The notes beneath the pieces are model-generated. The model was not told where the DNA came from. It made no database searches and saw only the letters and a list, made by a program, of their open reading frames with translations. The position numbers and the translations under genes were made by a program. DNA of 64,000 bases from Octopus vulgaris. Taxonomy: Eukaryota. The stretch covers positions 200,942,001-201,006,000 of the forward strand of contig OX597815.1 of the NCBI GenBank assembly GCA_951406725.2, written 5' to 3'. Every line of letters begins with the position of its first letter. Position 1 is the stretch's first letter. This document shows, piece after piece, positions 1-16,689 of this stretch.

Positions 1-696
1 TTTCCCTGTTCCCCATAACCCCCCTTTCTCTCTTTTTCTCTCTCTCAATCTATCTAGCTAATTCTCTTTCAGACCCTATCTCTCACACACACTCTCTATC
101 TACCAATCTACCTAACGGCGCGCCTGTGTGCTTACAGATAGATATATTGTGAGATAGACAGATTCATTCGTACAATATTTAATACTTCTTCAAGATCCAT
201 GGTCTCTCTGGAGATTTTAAGTTGTTTTTCCTTAACTATTTTCACTTTTCCATGTTTATCACCCGCGACGAAACGCTACAGTCTTCGAGAAGTGCACAAA
301 TATATATCAAATTCCTCTTACCCTTCTAAAAGCTTCATCTAAGTAAATTTTGTCTACCAATTCTTCCCCATACTTTGCATACTCCTTCCAATAGCCCCAT
401 AGGTTTTTAACGTATACGACATTTCACCAGTTTTATGTACGTAGATTTTTCCACCGCTTTTAATCAGTGTTTTCTCGTGTAATTACCTTTCCAGGATTTT
501 CTCTCTATTTTTCGCCTGACTCGTTCTGCTCTCCCTGAACTCACACCTTTTCTCCCTTTTCTTTGGCTCATAACGTCTATCCATATAATAGTTTCTTAGC
601 CCCCATTAATTTGCATACTATTTTTAATTCACACTCACAACAGCTTCCACCTACACCTTACACGCATTCCACACCTACGTATAATTATTACACAAA

Positions 697-924
697 GGCG
701 AGCTGGCAGAAACGTTAGCACGCCGGGCGAAATGCGTAGCCGTATTTCGTCTGCCGTTACGTTCTGGGTTCAAATTTCGCCGAGGTCGACTTTGCCTTTC
801 ATCGTTTCGGGGTCGATAAATTAAGTACCAGTTACGCACTGGGGTCGATGTAATCGACTTAATCCATTTGTCTGTCCTTGTTTGTCCCCTCTATGTTTAG
901 CCCCTTGTGGGTAGTAAAGAAATA
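697..924 (+). mobile_element. tRNA-derived SINE with Nin/Deu-like central domain (family A), full length, with 17-bp TSD
   Basis: Head GGCGAGCTGGCAGAAACGTTAGC...GTTCAAAT, central GCCTTTCATC(C/G)TTTCGGGGTCGATAAATTAAGTACC resembling the Nin/Deu domain; TATAATTATTACACAAA repeated at 680-696 and 925-941; more than 12 similar copies in the window. Confidence 0.85.
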
Positions 925-2267
925 TATAATTATTACACAAACACACTGCAGCCTATGCGACCATACTTCTGCTGCTGCACATTTCTGCACGCATATATGC
1001 TCTTCAAAAAACAACGCAAATCTATACCACCCAACTCTTTTGATTATCTCTAAACTTTGATAAACTGCTATACTTGCACATAACACACCACAGCTTCTCC
1101 CGTCAGAACTCCTCCATGTAACCCATTTCCACTTGGTTCATAACCCTTCACTCGTTCTAATCCCTAGATCACTTTGCTTGGTTTTTACTCACCTTCTGCA
1201 TTTCTATTAACTCCCTTCTGTTTAGCCGTTAAGCTAATACGAGAGTTTGCAACAAACTTTCTTCTCATGTATATTTTGTATATTCTTTTCTACTTTTCTT
1301 TTCTTCATTGTCCATTGCATTTAAAGTAATTATACCTATATACGTACAAATACACACACAAACATACGTTCACACACACACACAGACACCTATTTATTTA
1401 CATGTAGTATTACATTTACTGATTAGAAAAAATTATATAATAAATAACTTTTTCTTTCTCTCCATGGCTACAGATTGTTTCCAGGTGATTCTTTTTGAAG
1501 ATGGGCTCCAATTTGTTCAAGACATTTTACATAATTTTCCATTAAGAACTATTTAGTCTTTCCTTAATTATATTGAATCATATCTTTCAAACATAATATA
1601 TGCAATATATGCTATATATATATTTTAAATATCACATGTATGTATGTATGTATGTATGTATGTATGTATGTATGTATGTATGTATGTATGTATGTATGTA
1701 TGTATATGTATGTGTGTATATGTGTGTTTTTCTGTTGTGTGTAGGGTACGTGTGTATGTATATTGTTTGTTTGTAGTTGCATTGTTTTAGTTTAGACTTC
1801 AAGTTATGTGCATCGTCAAGAGCAGTATATTCTCATTAAAATCTTAGAAGTGTATTCATATAGAAGATAACAAGAAAATCAATAAACTCTTTTAATATAC
1901 AAAGTAATGAATTGTATCACGAAATATGAAACAGTATTCATAATTCATGAGAACGTTTGAAGTACGAGTTAATAAGTGTGTTTGCAGGTATGAAAATGTG
2001 TGTGCGCGCAGGAACAATGTAAAGATCTCATACCATTCAGGTTTTTATCTTTGGCTGAAAACATTTCAACGCAGCGAAACAAGACAAATTACATTTTCAA
2101 ACGCCTTCAATATTGGGTTATGCTACTTATGTAGTTTTTCAGCGTGTTTTGCATTTTTTAAACCGTGTTCTTCATCCAACTGTATAAACCATTAAATGAA
2201 TTAAGACAGTTTCAACGTGATTACAGTTCTTTTGTAAAGGAAAATGTCGATTTTATACATTAATAAT

Positions 2268-2707
2268 ATTCTTTTCTACTCTAGGCACAAAGCCCGAAAT
2301 TTTGGGGGAGGAGACCAGTCGATTAGATCGACCCCAGTCCGCAACTGGTACTTGCTTTATTTGACCTCGAAAGGATGAAATGCAAAGTCGACCTCAACGT
2401 AATTTGAACTCAGAACGTAGCGGCAGAGGAAATACTGTTAAGCATTTCGCCCGGCGTGCTACCGATTCTCCCAGGTCTCCGCCTTTGTATATTCGTTTCT
2501 ACTCTTGACACGAGGCCTGAATTGTTAGGGGAGGGGTACAGTCGATTATATCGACTCCAGTACGCAACTGGTACTTAATTTACCAACCCCGAAATGATGA
2601 AAGGCAAAGTCAACCACGACGGAATTTGAACTCAGAACGTAAAGACAGACGAAATACGGCTGCGCATTTCGCCCGGCGTGCTAACGTTTCTGCCAGCACG
2701 CTGCCTT
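2268..2707 (-). mobile_element. Two adjacent family-A SINE copies with the alternative 3' tail (tail B)
   Basis: Both have the reverse complement of the family-A head and core, but end in ...CCCCTCCCCCAAAATTTCGGGC(C/T)TTGTG...GAGTAGAAA-like sequence rather than the tail of the 697 copy. Confidence 0.8.
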
Positions 2708-3614
2708 ATATATTAATAAAATTGTAATATCAATTTTTATTTGGCTCAAAACAAACTTCTACCTGTGATGCATGAATTCTACCTGTGTACCTGCGAGGCA
2801 TGATTTGGAGTTTGTTTCAAATATGCTCAAATTTCGAATTTCAATACCTACTATTTTGTATGATAGTAATTATAACTTTCATCAAAACTGTGTTTAATTA
2901 TTATATCTGAGATGTTGCTTAATGCTTGTGTAGGCTATCATATTTCACTGCCTAATACATGAGTTATCCACAACACACTGTATTTTATATATGTATATGT
3001 GCGTGTGTGCATGCGTGTGTGTGCGCGTGAGTAAGTGTGTGATGCAGTAGTCAAACCCAATGTGATCGTACTACAGAGTGTCTCATCACATAGAATAAAG
3101 GCTTGCATAGATAACACAAAATACACAATAACCGATCTATAAAGTTTATTAAGCAATGCAACGAATACCATTTTCCGGTATCGAATAAGAGGAAAATTCC
3201 GCAAAATTTGCTTTTTCTTTTTGCGATTATATTATAACAATTGTCTCATAAACGGCGTGTAGAAAAACAACTGAAAGAAATTAACAACGAGGAGCTATGT
3301 AGCAGCTATGATTTACGTAGAAGGTGGTAGGTGTTTCTGGGAAATGTGAGCAGTACACAAATAGCTATTCTATTCCCTTCGCTCACAGACACTAAATCTG
3401 TATATTCTATAATTTCTGTTAACCTGCATATGCTTCGGTTTATATAATAAGAGAACCCTACATGAATTAATTTGCAACACTACATGATACATATATGTGT
3501 GGACGTGTGTGTGACAGTGTTTGTGGACGAATGCGTGTGTGTATGTATGCGCGCGTGTGTGTGTATACAGCCTCAATACAACGAAGTTCGCGCCAGGACA
3601 GAGATTCGCATAAC

Positions 3615-3825
3615 TTATTTCTTTACTACCAACAAGGGGCTAAACACAGAGAGGGCAAACAAACGGATTAAGTCGATTATATCGACCCCAGTGCGTAACT
3701 GGTACTTATTTACTCGACCCCGAAAGGTTGAAAGGCAAAGTCTACCTCGGCGGAATTTGAACTCAGAACGTAACGGCAGACGCATTTCGCCCGGCGTGCT
3801 AACGTTTCTAACAGCTCGCCGCCTT
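3615..3825 (-). mobile_element. Family-A SINE
   Basis: Reverse complement of the 697-924 element with small deletions. Confidence 0.8.
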
Positions 3826-3932
3826 ATTCGCACAAGTGCACGACATACACTCACATATGCACGCGCGAATATCCGCATGCATTTGAATATATATTCAATT
3901 CGTGTTTTACATGTGCATGTGTGTGCATATGC

Positions 3933-4020
<88 letters not shown>

Positions 4021-4883
4021 ATGTAGCCATATGTAACTCTACAAGTCCTGATTGCTGTTCATACACCAGCATTCTGACAGTGATTGGCGAGGAGAGAGTT
4101 TGCTAGATCTGATCCACTACAGAAAGAAACCGAAATTTCTGCACATGTGTTTTTGAGTCCAGTTTAAGATTTCTGTCGACATACATTAGGTTAGTATGGT
4201 TGTTCCTTGAAATCCACAAATTGCTGTACGTGGACTTTCATGTGAGTAGCAAAATGTTTATGTACGTACACACACATGCAAATAAGCACTCGTACACAAT
4301 CACACAAACACACACACACATATAAGGGAGAGTATGTCTGTGTATCTGTATGTATTATTATGTTATGCGCGTACTCTCTGCGTTTTTGTTCTTGTATATA
4401 TATATAACAGTACTGGAAGAATAAGAACGGAACGAAGCGAACGAATCGAATCGAACCGACGCGAGGGGGCTGTCAAACAATAGTGTAATAAATAAAATAT
4501 ATGCATACATACAAACATATATGTACATACCTACATCTACATGTATATATACATGCATATATAAATATATATACGTGAGTACAGGACAACACAACTAGAC
4601 GTAGAACTCAACGAGAAACGAAAACGGAAAAAAACATTTTTTACAACAGAAAAACAGAGTACAGGACATACTACACAAGGAAAAATCCCCTTCATCAGCT
4701 GTCACTAGTTCGACTCTAGCGTGTTTCGAAGGCAATATATATGTATGTATGTATGAATATAAATAGCTGGACAAACAGGCAGAAAGAGAGATAGACAAAT
4801 ACCTACAACGAAGTACACAGGCAGATAGATAAATAGGCAGATAAATTCTTCATAGACAGAAAGACACACATACAAATAGATAG

Positions 4884-4914
<31 letters not shown>

Positions 4915-6169
4915 AAATAGATAGATAGATAGAGAGACAGAGAGAGAGAGGTGTTTTTATTTAACATATATCTACCTCTGAGTTATCGCATTGTACGTAC
5001 ATACATAAATACATACATATATACATACATACATACATGTTTGTGAGCATACGTGTGTGCGAGTGTGTGTGTTTGTGTGTGTATGTATGCCTGTGTGTGT
5101 GTGAATGGGTATGTATTTACGTGTATGTGTAAGTGTTTATGTCAGTTTGTATGTATTATTTATAAACACATCAATGTAAAAAAGTATAGAACTCGACACA
5201 CTGCTGGAGCAGAATTTCTTGAGAAAAACGACATTTTAATAGGCTGTAAATATCAGAATAATTTCCAGAAAGAATGAAACATTAATAGTATAAATAGACA
5301 AAATCATATAATTTAATCTCACGATGGCTCCTTCGTAGACAGCTGTAATGGTAGCAACCTAATTCTTAGAACAGCTACTGTTACTAAACAAATATATTTA
5401 TAACAGTTGGAGCGAGTCGATTCAAGATGAAGAAAGAAATAAACAAAAAACATAATTTAATATAATTTCTCTTTAGCAAATATCAATATTTCGTTTTATT
5501 ATATCTCTATTTCAACATTTCTTTCTCTTGAAATTGATTCCATTCAATATTTTCGAATAAAATTACAGATAGAATAGCAACATTAAAAGAAATATATTAC
5601 AATTATTATTTCCTTCGTATAGTATTTAAGTCTTTAATGTTCCTTGCTTTTGCATTTCTGACACTTGAGTAATATACTACTAATATCACGTGAAAAGAAA
5701 AAAACATATCAAATATAAGTAGATGCATACGATCAATGTGCAAGGCGAAGTGCTGAGGTTTCGTGTATAATAGAAAGACAGACTGAAATACGCTTTCAGA
5801 ACCCTTTTATTTAGAAGAAATATAGGAATGAAACAAATTGCTGAAGGTATGGTAATGATAGATGAGAATGAATATTAGAAAAAAGGTAAGCGAAACGATT
5901 AACGAATATACAAAATAATGTCTGAGTGAGATTTCATATAAAGGATGGCTGTTGGGACATTATATGTATGTTATGTGGTAATTCACTAACAACGTGCTCT
6001 CATATAAATGTGTCTAATGTAAACGCGAATATTACGACGAGAATACATTTCAACTTGTCTGATGCAAGATTATATGATGCAAGAGAAAGAGCCGGTTTCT
6101 CACCTAGATCCAGGGCTACTTCAATGCAATTTCAACATCAACAACAGGATATTATTGTTCGTATCTATG

Positions 6170-6203
<34 letters not shown>

Positions 6204-6206
6204 TGT

Positions 6207-6249
<43 letters not shown>

Positions 6250-6400
6250 CAGATTTGTATGTTTTGCTTCATATAAGTATTCTCCAGCACATAGTTGCAT
6301 ATCTAGACATGCTCATATATGATTAAATGATAAAATTCCGGTAAGATTTACCGATTTTAACAGTTCCAGTGATGGATTGGACCATTATGGATTGGACACA

Positions 6401-6402
<2 letters not shown>

Positions 6403-6497
<95 letters not shown>
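6403..6497. repeat. (CA)n microsatellite
   Basis: Uninterrupted CA run of about 95 bp; representative of dozens of CA/TG, TA, GA and TATG tracts in the window. Confidence 0.95.
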
Positions 6498-6499
<2 letters not shown>

Positions 6500-6839
6500 A
6501 CACACACAAATGCACACACAAACATATATGTGAATTAATATTCAGAATCATAAAGCCTCACCTAATGTTTCAGTTTTTGGAATTTTAGCTCTGTATTTAA
6601 CGGGACTAAGGAGCATAAATGGGTAGTTCGTGAATACTTTGAAATGTAACTTCTGTATCTTTACACCATCTGATTTTCCAATTTTCCCTAGCATAACAAC
6701 ACTTCAAAACTGTAAGTGTATTAATACACTCTCATTTCTTTCCAGATTGTTTCGGAAAATACTTGACTCAGTCTTATTCACCGTTATCCATATTAAATTT
6801 CCACTATTCTTAAAGCTACAAAGTTTTCCAAAATTAAGC

Positions 6840-7430
6840 AAGGAAACATCATTGCGCTGAGATTGAAAGGAGTGAGTAACGGAAGATTGCCGAGAAAATT
6901 CGGCAAGGCAGAACGCATGTCGTAAATATTCTGAAAGATCTTGATTACTATAATAGTGTCCAGGCTGGTGGGACATCCCAATGCTATATCAGAAAGGGAT
7001 TAAAGGAAAATTGTTAGAGCTGTGAAGAAATCACCCTGCTCTTCTGTTTCACAAATCAAGGCATCAACAGGAGTAGGAGCCTCGACATCCACCGTAACAA
7101 TAGTGATAATTTCCACCTGAAGAAGCTCCTATGATATCTGTTATTGTCTTATTTCCGCGATGATGTATGGACCAAAGTTTTGTTCTCTGATTAAGAAAAA
7201 ATGGTATTTGGATTGACCCGACGTTTATAAGTTTTGCTGTGCCGACAAAATTCTGCTTATTTTAAGTGGCAGAACAGGGAAGAGTTCTTGTGGTATGGGG
7301 AGAAATATCTGTCAACGGGAAGCTGTTACTTGTCATCAGAGAAGCAGGAACATGGTTCCATGGCAAGAAATTTATATTTCGACAAAACAATGCTCCTATT
7401 CCTGAAGGAAAGAAAATTTGACGCAGTCTA
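6840..7430 (+). pseudogene. Decayed Tc1/Tc3-like (IS630-Tc1-mariner) transposase
   Basis: Translation across frameshifts gives IALRLKGVSN..KIAEKI (HTH-like), GHPNAISERD*RKIVRAVKKSP..SVSQIKA..ASTSTV and WTKVLFSD*KKWYLD*PD, matching the Tc3-type VFSDEKKFNLDGPDG motif; multiple stops. Confidence 0.75.
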
Positions 7431-7482
7431 ATGACTGAAACAAGTAAATAGTAAAAGATACAGATATGAATGCGTATACGTG

Positions 7483-7514
<32 letters not shown>

Positions 7515-7542
7515 AATGCATGTATGTATGCATCTATCAACA

Positions 7543-7800
<258 letters not shown>

Positions 7801-8113
7801 TCTAGCTATCTCAATATATATATATATATATAAGAAATTATATATGCAAGAAATTAACTGCGAAAAAGTTAATACGAAGAGTACTCCATCCAATGAGAGT
7901 TCAGTATTTTCAAAACATTTCAACTACATGCAATTATCGCACCACTAATCATTTCCTGTACATGCGTATGTTCGTCAGATGCCAAAAGCACTATATTCCC
8001 AGAATTTAGTTTAACTCTATTTAAACTAAAATTTTGGGAGGATAGTGCGATTTGAGCCTGACGAACGTACGCATGTACGGGAAACAATTAATAGCGCCAA
8101 TTAGTAATATATG

Positions 8114-8144
<31 letters not shown>

Positions 8145-8175
8145 GCACACACACACACACACATACGCACACACA

Positions 8176-8224
<49 letters not shown>

Positions 8225-8568
8225 TTATATATATATATACATATATATATATATAGATAGATAGATAGATAGATAGATTGATAGATAGGGAGAGAGAGAT
8301 ACATAGATGCATAGGTAGATACACAGATAGATACTTAGATTGATATATCGATCGATCGATGGATAGATGGATAGATAGATAGATAAATAAATAAACAGAT
8401 AGATAGACAGATATAATTTTATGTATGAGAAAAAATCCCAGATCCATTAATATTAATAATAAGTTAATATCACTGATACGCTGGATATAGCCGGAGAACT
8501 AGGATTACTGCCACCTCTTTAAAAGGATTTATATCGTTTATTTAGTTATATACGTGTGTGTATGTGTG

Positions 8569-8599
<31 letters not shown>

Positions 8600-8635
8600 A
8601 TGTATGTTTATATATATAAACATACATATATATAC

Positions 8636-8696
<61 letters not shown>

Positions 8697-9697
8697 CATA
8701 CATACATACATACATACATACATACATACATACATACATACATACATACATACATACATACACATACGTATATATTCTTCTAACACCTACATTTTTATTA
8801 TTGCTTTCATACGTCTATTGCTGTTTTCCTATATGTTCAATTTAACGTAAGATATGTGGAGATGCCGTAAAACTATTCAGAATTAAAATGCTTTATATCT
8901 CTCAAATATCATTTAATTTTGGTGTGAAGAATGTTATTAACACTAAACTTATTTCGTTTGTCAAATTCGACATAACTGTAGACCATTTAAACTGAAACGT
9001 CTAAAGTATAGGTGTAAAAATTTAAAAATTGGTTGTTTCTTTTCCACAAGCAACTACATGAATATCGAAATTGTAAGAATAGCTATTTCATTCGTCTGTA
9101 AGAATGATTTTATTGTCTCTTCGTGATTTTAGTGTTGAATAATTTGTTCACTCTTTTTATTAAATATAAAATTTGGTACCTAGGAAAATTTCAGCTTCAT
9201 GTAAAGCTGAATAAATATAATTTAATAGAAATAACCTACAACAAAACTGAAAGATTTTTCACGACGATTGATCATTATTAGATTAATCTTGGCTGTGCTA
9301 CGAATACAAATTTCTCTCTGCGATATTATTATGTGAACACATCAAATTCTACTAGTATATACAATTATATAATGTAACCCGTTTATCGTTGCACAAATTT
9401 CTAGCATTGTTATTAAGTTTTTTTTTGTTTTGTTTTGCTTTGTTTTCATTTTACTTTCAGAAGGAAATAACTGAATCAAGAACGAACAGTCACATGTAAC
9501 AAACTTTACTTTAATGTAAATTTTACTTTAAATTTTGTTGTTTTTGAATGAGCTGCAGATTTTGCTGATGTTGCATTCTCAGGGAATCTTCTCTTGCTGT
9601 CGTAAACGTGTCAAATACGATAATCGACGACTAAATTCAAACTAACTAACACACGCAAAAAAAACAAAACATATATATGTGTATGTGTATATATATG

Positions 9698-9734
<37 letters not shown>

Positions 9735-9735
9735 C

Positions 9736-9776
<41 letters not shown>

Positions 9777-9787
9777 ATATATATATG

Positions 9788-9842
<55 letters not shown>

Positions 9843-9847
<5 letters not shown>

Positions 9848-10056
9848 ATCCAAACAAGAAAACACAAAAAAAAACAAAGAACACAACAACACAAGGACGT
9901 GGAACGAATAAAGTATTATTGGACGCTCAGGAAAGAAGGGAAGAAGGAGGGTTTAACGTTTCGAGCGGAGCTCTTCGTCGGAAACATAGGAGAAGGAAAG
10001 ATGCCGAGAAGGGAAGACAGAGGAAAAAAAATCGCCAACGGTACTCACGAGGTTAA

Positions 10057-10058
<2 letters not shown>
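9843..10058 (-). mobile_element. Penelope-like terminal repeat fragment with minimal hammerhead-like motif (9951-9985)
   Basis: Minus strand GUUU-CCGACGA-A-GAGC-UCC-GCUC-GAAA-CGUU-AAAC; homologous to 32878-33090; flanked on both sides by (TA)n. Confidence 0.6.
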
Positions 10059-10098
<40 letters not shown>

Positions 10099-10119
10099 GA
10101 GAGAGAGAGAGAGAGAGAT

Positions 10120-10154
<35 letters not shown>

Positions 10155-10425
10155 CATACATGCACACATGTATACACGTTTTTCATCTTTTAGCTTTTCC
10201 TAATTTAAGCCATTAGACTGAAACCATGCAGGGGCACCTTGTAGTCGAACATAACGACCCTAGTGGTTATTTTTCAGTTTTCTTATACCTGATAGTTAGT
10301 CTATTGGTTTCTTTTATCGAACCGCTATATTACGAGTACGTGAACACATCCACAGTGGTTGAAAAACACAGGCACAAACACACACATGTACATATACATA
10401 CATATATACATCTATATATATATAT

Positions 10426-12028
<1,603 letters not shown>

Positions 12029-12061
12029 CGATGTATGTATATATATATGTGTGTATGTGTA

Positions 12062-12270
12062 AGCGTTAGCACGCCGGGCGAAATGCTTTGCGGTATTTCG
12101 TCTGCCGTTATGTTCTGAGTTCAAATTCCACCGAGGTCGACTTTGCCTTTCATCCTTTCGGGGTCGATAAATAAAGTACCAGTTTCGCACTGGGGTCCAT
12201 GTAATCGACTTAATCTCTTTGTCTGTTCATGTTTGTCCCCTCTATGTTTAGTCGCTTGTGGGCAATAAAG
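12062..12270 (+). mobile_element. Family-A SINE, slightly 5'-truncated
   Basis: Matches 697-924 from GCGTTAGCACGCC onward. Confidence 0.8.
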
Positions 12271-13410
12271 ATATATATATATATATATGTGTATACACAC
12301 ATACATACACATACACACACACATACATATACACACACACATATGGTGTTACAAGAAACAACATGATGCTTCGGTTGGCTTCGTTAATTAATATTCATTT
12401 CAAAAGTTGCTCATGTCACTAATAACTAATTTACACACTGTCGCCAGCTTCGCGCGAAATCACTGGCTGCTTGAAATACACTACAGATGTTCGGGTGAGT
12501 CTCAGACACTCCGTGCTTGCCTTCCGACTCCTTATGATCCGCAATAAGGTGAAATCCCGTGATATAGTAGTATCATCTGATGACGCTGACTTTCGTGTTA
12601 TAAAGAACACGTTCGTTTTGAATTGGATGTACTATTGCATGTATGTGGTTGTACGTGTGTGTGTGTATGTGTGTCTCTGAGGTGTCAGCGCGCGTGTGTG
12701 TTCGTTTGTGAGCAAACACGATCCAGTAATCCAGGTGGAGGGTGTTTGTATGTTTTAAGCAATATGCGGTTAGTATAGAGAATAAACTTTGGACAATATG
12801 CGATAAAATACCAATTTTTTAACCTTTTTAAATTACACACTTTTTCACATATCGCTGTTACAAATAATTTCGATGTGATGGTTGTTTCCATGCAACTCAC
12901 TATAAGCAAATAATGTTGATATACATTCCGATAAAACGAAAATAAAAAAGTATTAGAGGATTGGTACAGGCAGAAGGTAAACTACATATCTTTGTTAACT
13001 TGCTGAAGCTTATCATGTATCTATTTCGTAACGTACTCTCCTCAGCGCAGCTAATTATTACACTGAAAACACCCCGAAGAAGTTTACATTATAACGTGTA
13101 ACTATTAGTGACAGATGCAGTATTAAAACAAAACGTCAATCATAATATCAAAATTAACTTGGATATATTGTTAAAGCATCGAATACGGGTTTTTTAACTT
13201 GAGAGGACATCTTATATAGATGTATGGTATATGAAAGCTTCTGCGCTAATAATTATTCTTTAATAAGTTTGTCGGCTATTTGCAACATCCAGGCCTGAAT
13301 GTTCACTGAAATTCTATATATCCACGGCAATAATATTTGGAAGACAAGGGGCGTATCGAAATCAAATGTTCTGGCAAGATAAGTGTTTTATCTCTCTTTC
13401 TCTCTCTCAC

Positions 13411-13456
<46 letters not shown>

Positions 13457-13468
13457 CATCTATATATA

Positions 13469-13553
<85 letters not shown>

Positions 13554-13682
13554 GTCTGTCTGTACATATGCATGCATGTATGTATGATGTATCTACCAAT
13601 GTGCATATAACACACACACATACATACATATACACACATATACCATAATTGACAGGCCAAGTATATATATGCATGTATGATA

Positions 13683-13775
13683 GATCGCTAGCCACAACAC
13701 ATTCTTGAATTTCTCTCCTTGTTTCTTTTTGTGTTCATTTTTGTGGAAGAGCGTAGGCTCGAAACGTTAAAGACG
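13683..13775 (+). mobile_element. Penelope-like terminal fragment with variant hammerhead-like motif (13738-13771)
   Basis: UUU-UUGUGGA-A-GAGC-GUAG-GCUC-GAAA-CGUU-AAA; homologous to the minus strand of 33190-33290. Confidence 0.5.
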
Positions 13776-14196
13776 TGTATATATAGGTGTAGGCGTGACT
13801 GTGATAAAAAGTTTGTTTCTCTTCCACACATTTCCGAGTGCGTCGCATCTTATGTCAGTGTGTCGTAGAATAGCCTTGATTAACCAAAATATTGTCAGTA
13901 GATTTGCTACACAGAAACTGAAAGATATGTGTGTGTGTGTGTGTGTGTGTGTCTGCTCGCACGAGCATATGTCTTTGTTTCCGTGTTTGTCCAGCCACCA
14001 TTGTTTGACAATCGGTGTTGGCGTGTTCACGTCCCCGTAAGCTAGCATTTCGGCAAGATGATCCGATAGAATAAGTAAACGAATAAATACTGGGATCAAT
14101 TAATCCGACTAAAATCCTTCAAGGTGGAGCCCCGCCATGGCTATAATCTAACAAATGCAACAAGTTACAGGTACAAATAAATTATCTATCTATATA

Positions 14197-14406
14197 TACT
14201 CTTTTACTTGCTTCAGTCATTTGACTGCGGCCATGATGGAGCACCGCCTTTACTCGAGCAAATTGACCCCGGGACTTATTCTTTGTAAGCCCAGTACTTA
14301 TTCTATCTGTCTCTTTTGCCGAACCGCTAAGTGACGCGGACGTAAACACACCAGCATCGGTTGTCAAACAATGCTAGGGGGACAAACACAGACACACAAT
14401 CCCCGC

Positions 14407-14467
<61 letters not shown>

Positions 14468-14625
14468 TACGACTGGCTTCTTCTGCTGCAAAATCCACTC
14501 ACCAGGCATTGGTTGGCTCGGGGCTATAGCAAAAGACACTTGCCCAAGATGCCATGCAGTGGGACTGAACCCGGAACCATGTGGTTGTTTAGCAAGCTAC
14601 TTACCACAAAGCCACTCCTGCGCCT
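14197..14625 (-). mobile_element. tRNA-derived CORE-type SINE (family B) with internal microsatellite
   Basis: Reverse complement of 57043-57457: A/B boxes, CORE-like CTTGGGCAAGTGTCTT, internal (TA)n, short AAAAGAGT tail repeats. Confidence 0.8.
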
Positions 14626-15159
14626 GTGAAATTATTATACACAAAATTTTATAAAGTGCTGCTCACAGTTTCATGCCATATGCTAATGCTTCCTCAGGTA
14701 GAATGCGATTCATCTTTGTTGGATTTCTTTGAGTACTTCACAGCTATTTTCTACTTCTATATTATATCCTTCTATTTGTATAATTGTTGTAAAGTGTAAC
14801 TTATACAATGATATAAGAATTTAAAATCGGCAACAAAAAGCTGGCGTACGGTGCAGAATCAAATATAATTAGCAATTGAAGCCTGCTATTTCCAACTTCG
14901 TGTCGTGTAACTCTTATATTAATGCTGTACAATGTCGAAGTTCCAAATGTTTATCCAGCTTTGGAAAATATCCTGCTGAAGATACATTTATTGCAAGTTA
15001 ATTATATGCCAGATCATACAGTGACCAATGCTTTCGCATCCACAAAGTGCGTAGCTTTATAGACGGCTCGTCAGACTCCATTGGTCAGTGTGAATATATG
15101 CAATATATAGCTTTGTATGATTGTCATTGTTAAAGTGTCCAAAGAGTTTAGCATGTATA

Positions 15160-15547
15160 TCTTTATATATAAAAGTGAAGTTGTGTGTCTGTCTCCTACG
15201 ATTTAGATTCCTAACTACTCCCACATTTTGCGGTGCAGTTTAACCAAAACCGGGTATCTTATAGTCGTGTTTCATATCAAGCCCTTTTGGATACTAGCGC
15301 GCGTCTACCATGAGTCTACGATTTTAAAAAATAATTTACCATCATTTTTTTCCATTTTAATGCATTTTTTTGCTATTATATAAGGGAAGTAACTCTCTAA
15401 AAATGGCTACGATGAGTCAACGATTTAAACATTTTTACCATCATTTTTTTTTCCAGTTTTGATGCATTTTTTGCTATATTTTGGCTATAACTCTCTAAAA
15501 ATGCTTATATATTTATTTCCCTTACAAACGCCGGGCGATAATGCTAG
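15160..15547 (+). mobile_element. Short non-autonomous Helitron
   Basis: A|TCTTTATATATAAAA start, GC-rich subterminal ACGCCGGGCG, CTAG|T end; inserted between A and T without TSD; internal ~100-bp direct repeats (TACGATGAGTC..TTTACCATCATTTTTT..AACTCTCTAAAAATG). Confidence 0.7.
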
Positions 15548-16546
15548 TATGTATATATATCGGTGAGGAATACGCACAGGCTAACCTAAATCTCTACAGG
15601 TGAACCAGGTAATTTCTTCATATGTTTCGTAACTTTAACATTATTCGACTTCACCTTAAATCCGAAATAATGATTTCTAAGTTGCTGTCGGGTCAACTTG
15701 ATACAGGTATTATATTTAACATATTTATCACAATTAGTGAAAAACAGTCAATTCTAAGTTGCCAAATTCTAACTTTTCAGTCGATAAATATATACCACGA
15801 AATCCATAAAATTGTATTCCATTGTTTAATCAATTTATAAATCCAATGTTCATAGAGTGAGTAAATCCAGAATATGCTGAATAGTTAATTATACATACTT
15901 AATTACATTACCTGGGTTTCTATGTATTGGTATTACATAATTCCACGATTTATTAATCATGTATAATAATGGATCACTATTTTAGTCACTAGCATTCTAC
16001 AGAAAAATTAACACCAAGATGTGCTTGTCAAAGCTTCAACACACTACTTAGAATAGAAACGAGAGTTGACTATACGAGAGAGAGATGAAGATAAACTTTG
16101 AAATTTTTGGCCAAAACAAGGAGCAGGTATGTATATTAGCATGTTTAGTATTGTAAGTTTTATGCATTATTAAAATAAGGTATATAGAAACTTCTTCCGC
16201 TGTGAAGCTATTATTTAAACTAAAAACAATCTGGAGAGAACAAATGTAAATAAATGTTCATAACGTATATAATTTAAGTTTCAATAGAATTCTATTTTAT
16301 CAGTATTAACTTTAAATATAGGTTTGGATTGAATAAATATTTGTAAGAATGTCAAAGTAAATTCTGTTTCTTAAGGAATAATCATTTAAATATTAAAATT
16401 TAAGAAAATTATAAAATAGTTAAGAACTTGATATAACAAAACTTAAATTAGATATAAACTTATAATAAAATAACAATAGTACAAATAATTAAAAATGATT
16501 AAATTAAAATAGGACAAAGTATAAAATTGCAGACGCTTAGGTTTTA

Positions 16547-16655
<109 letters not shown>

Positions 16656-16689
16656 TTAGGCATAATAATAATAATAATAATGATAATAA

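Noticed and set aside
170-1310. Strand-skewed sequence possibly from an old retroelement ORF on the minus strand
   Set aside because: Stops in all frames examined and no recognisable motif; cannot be classified.
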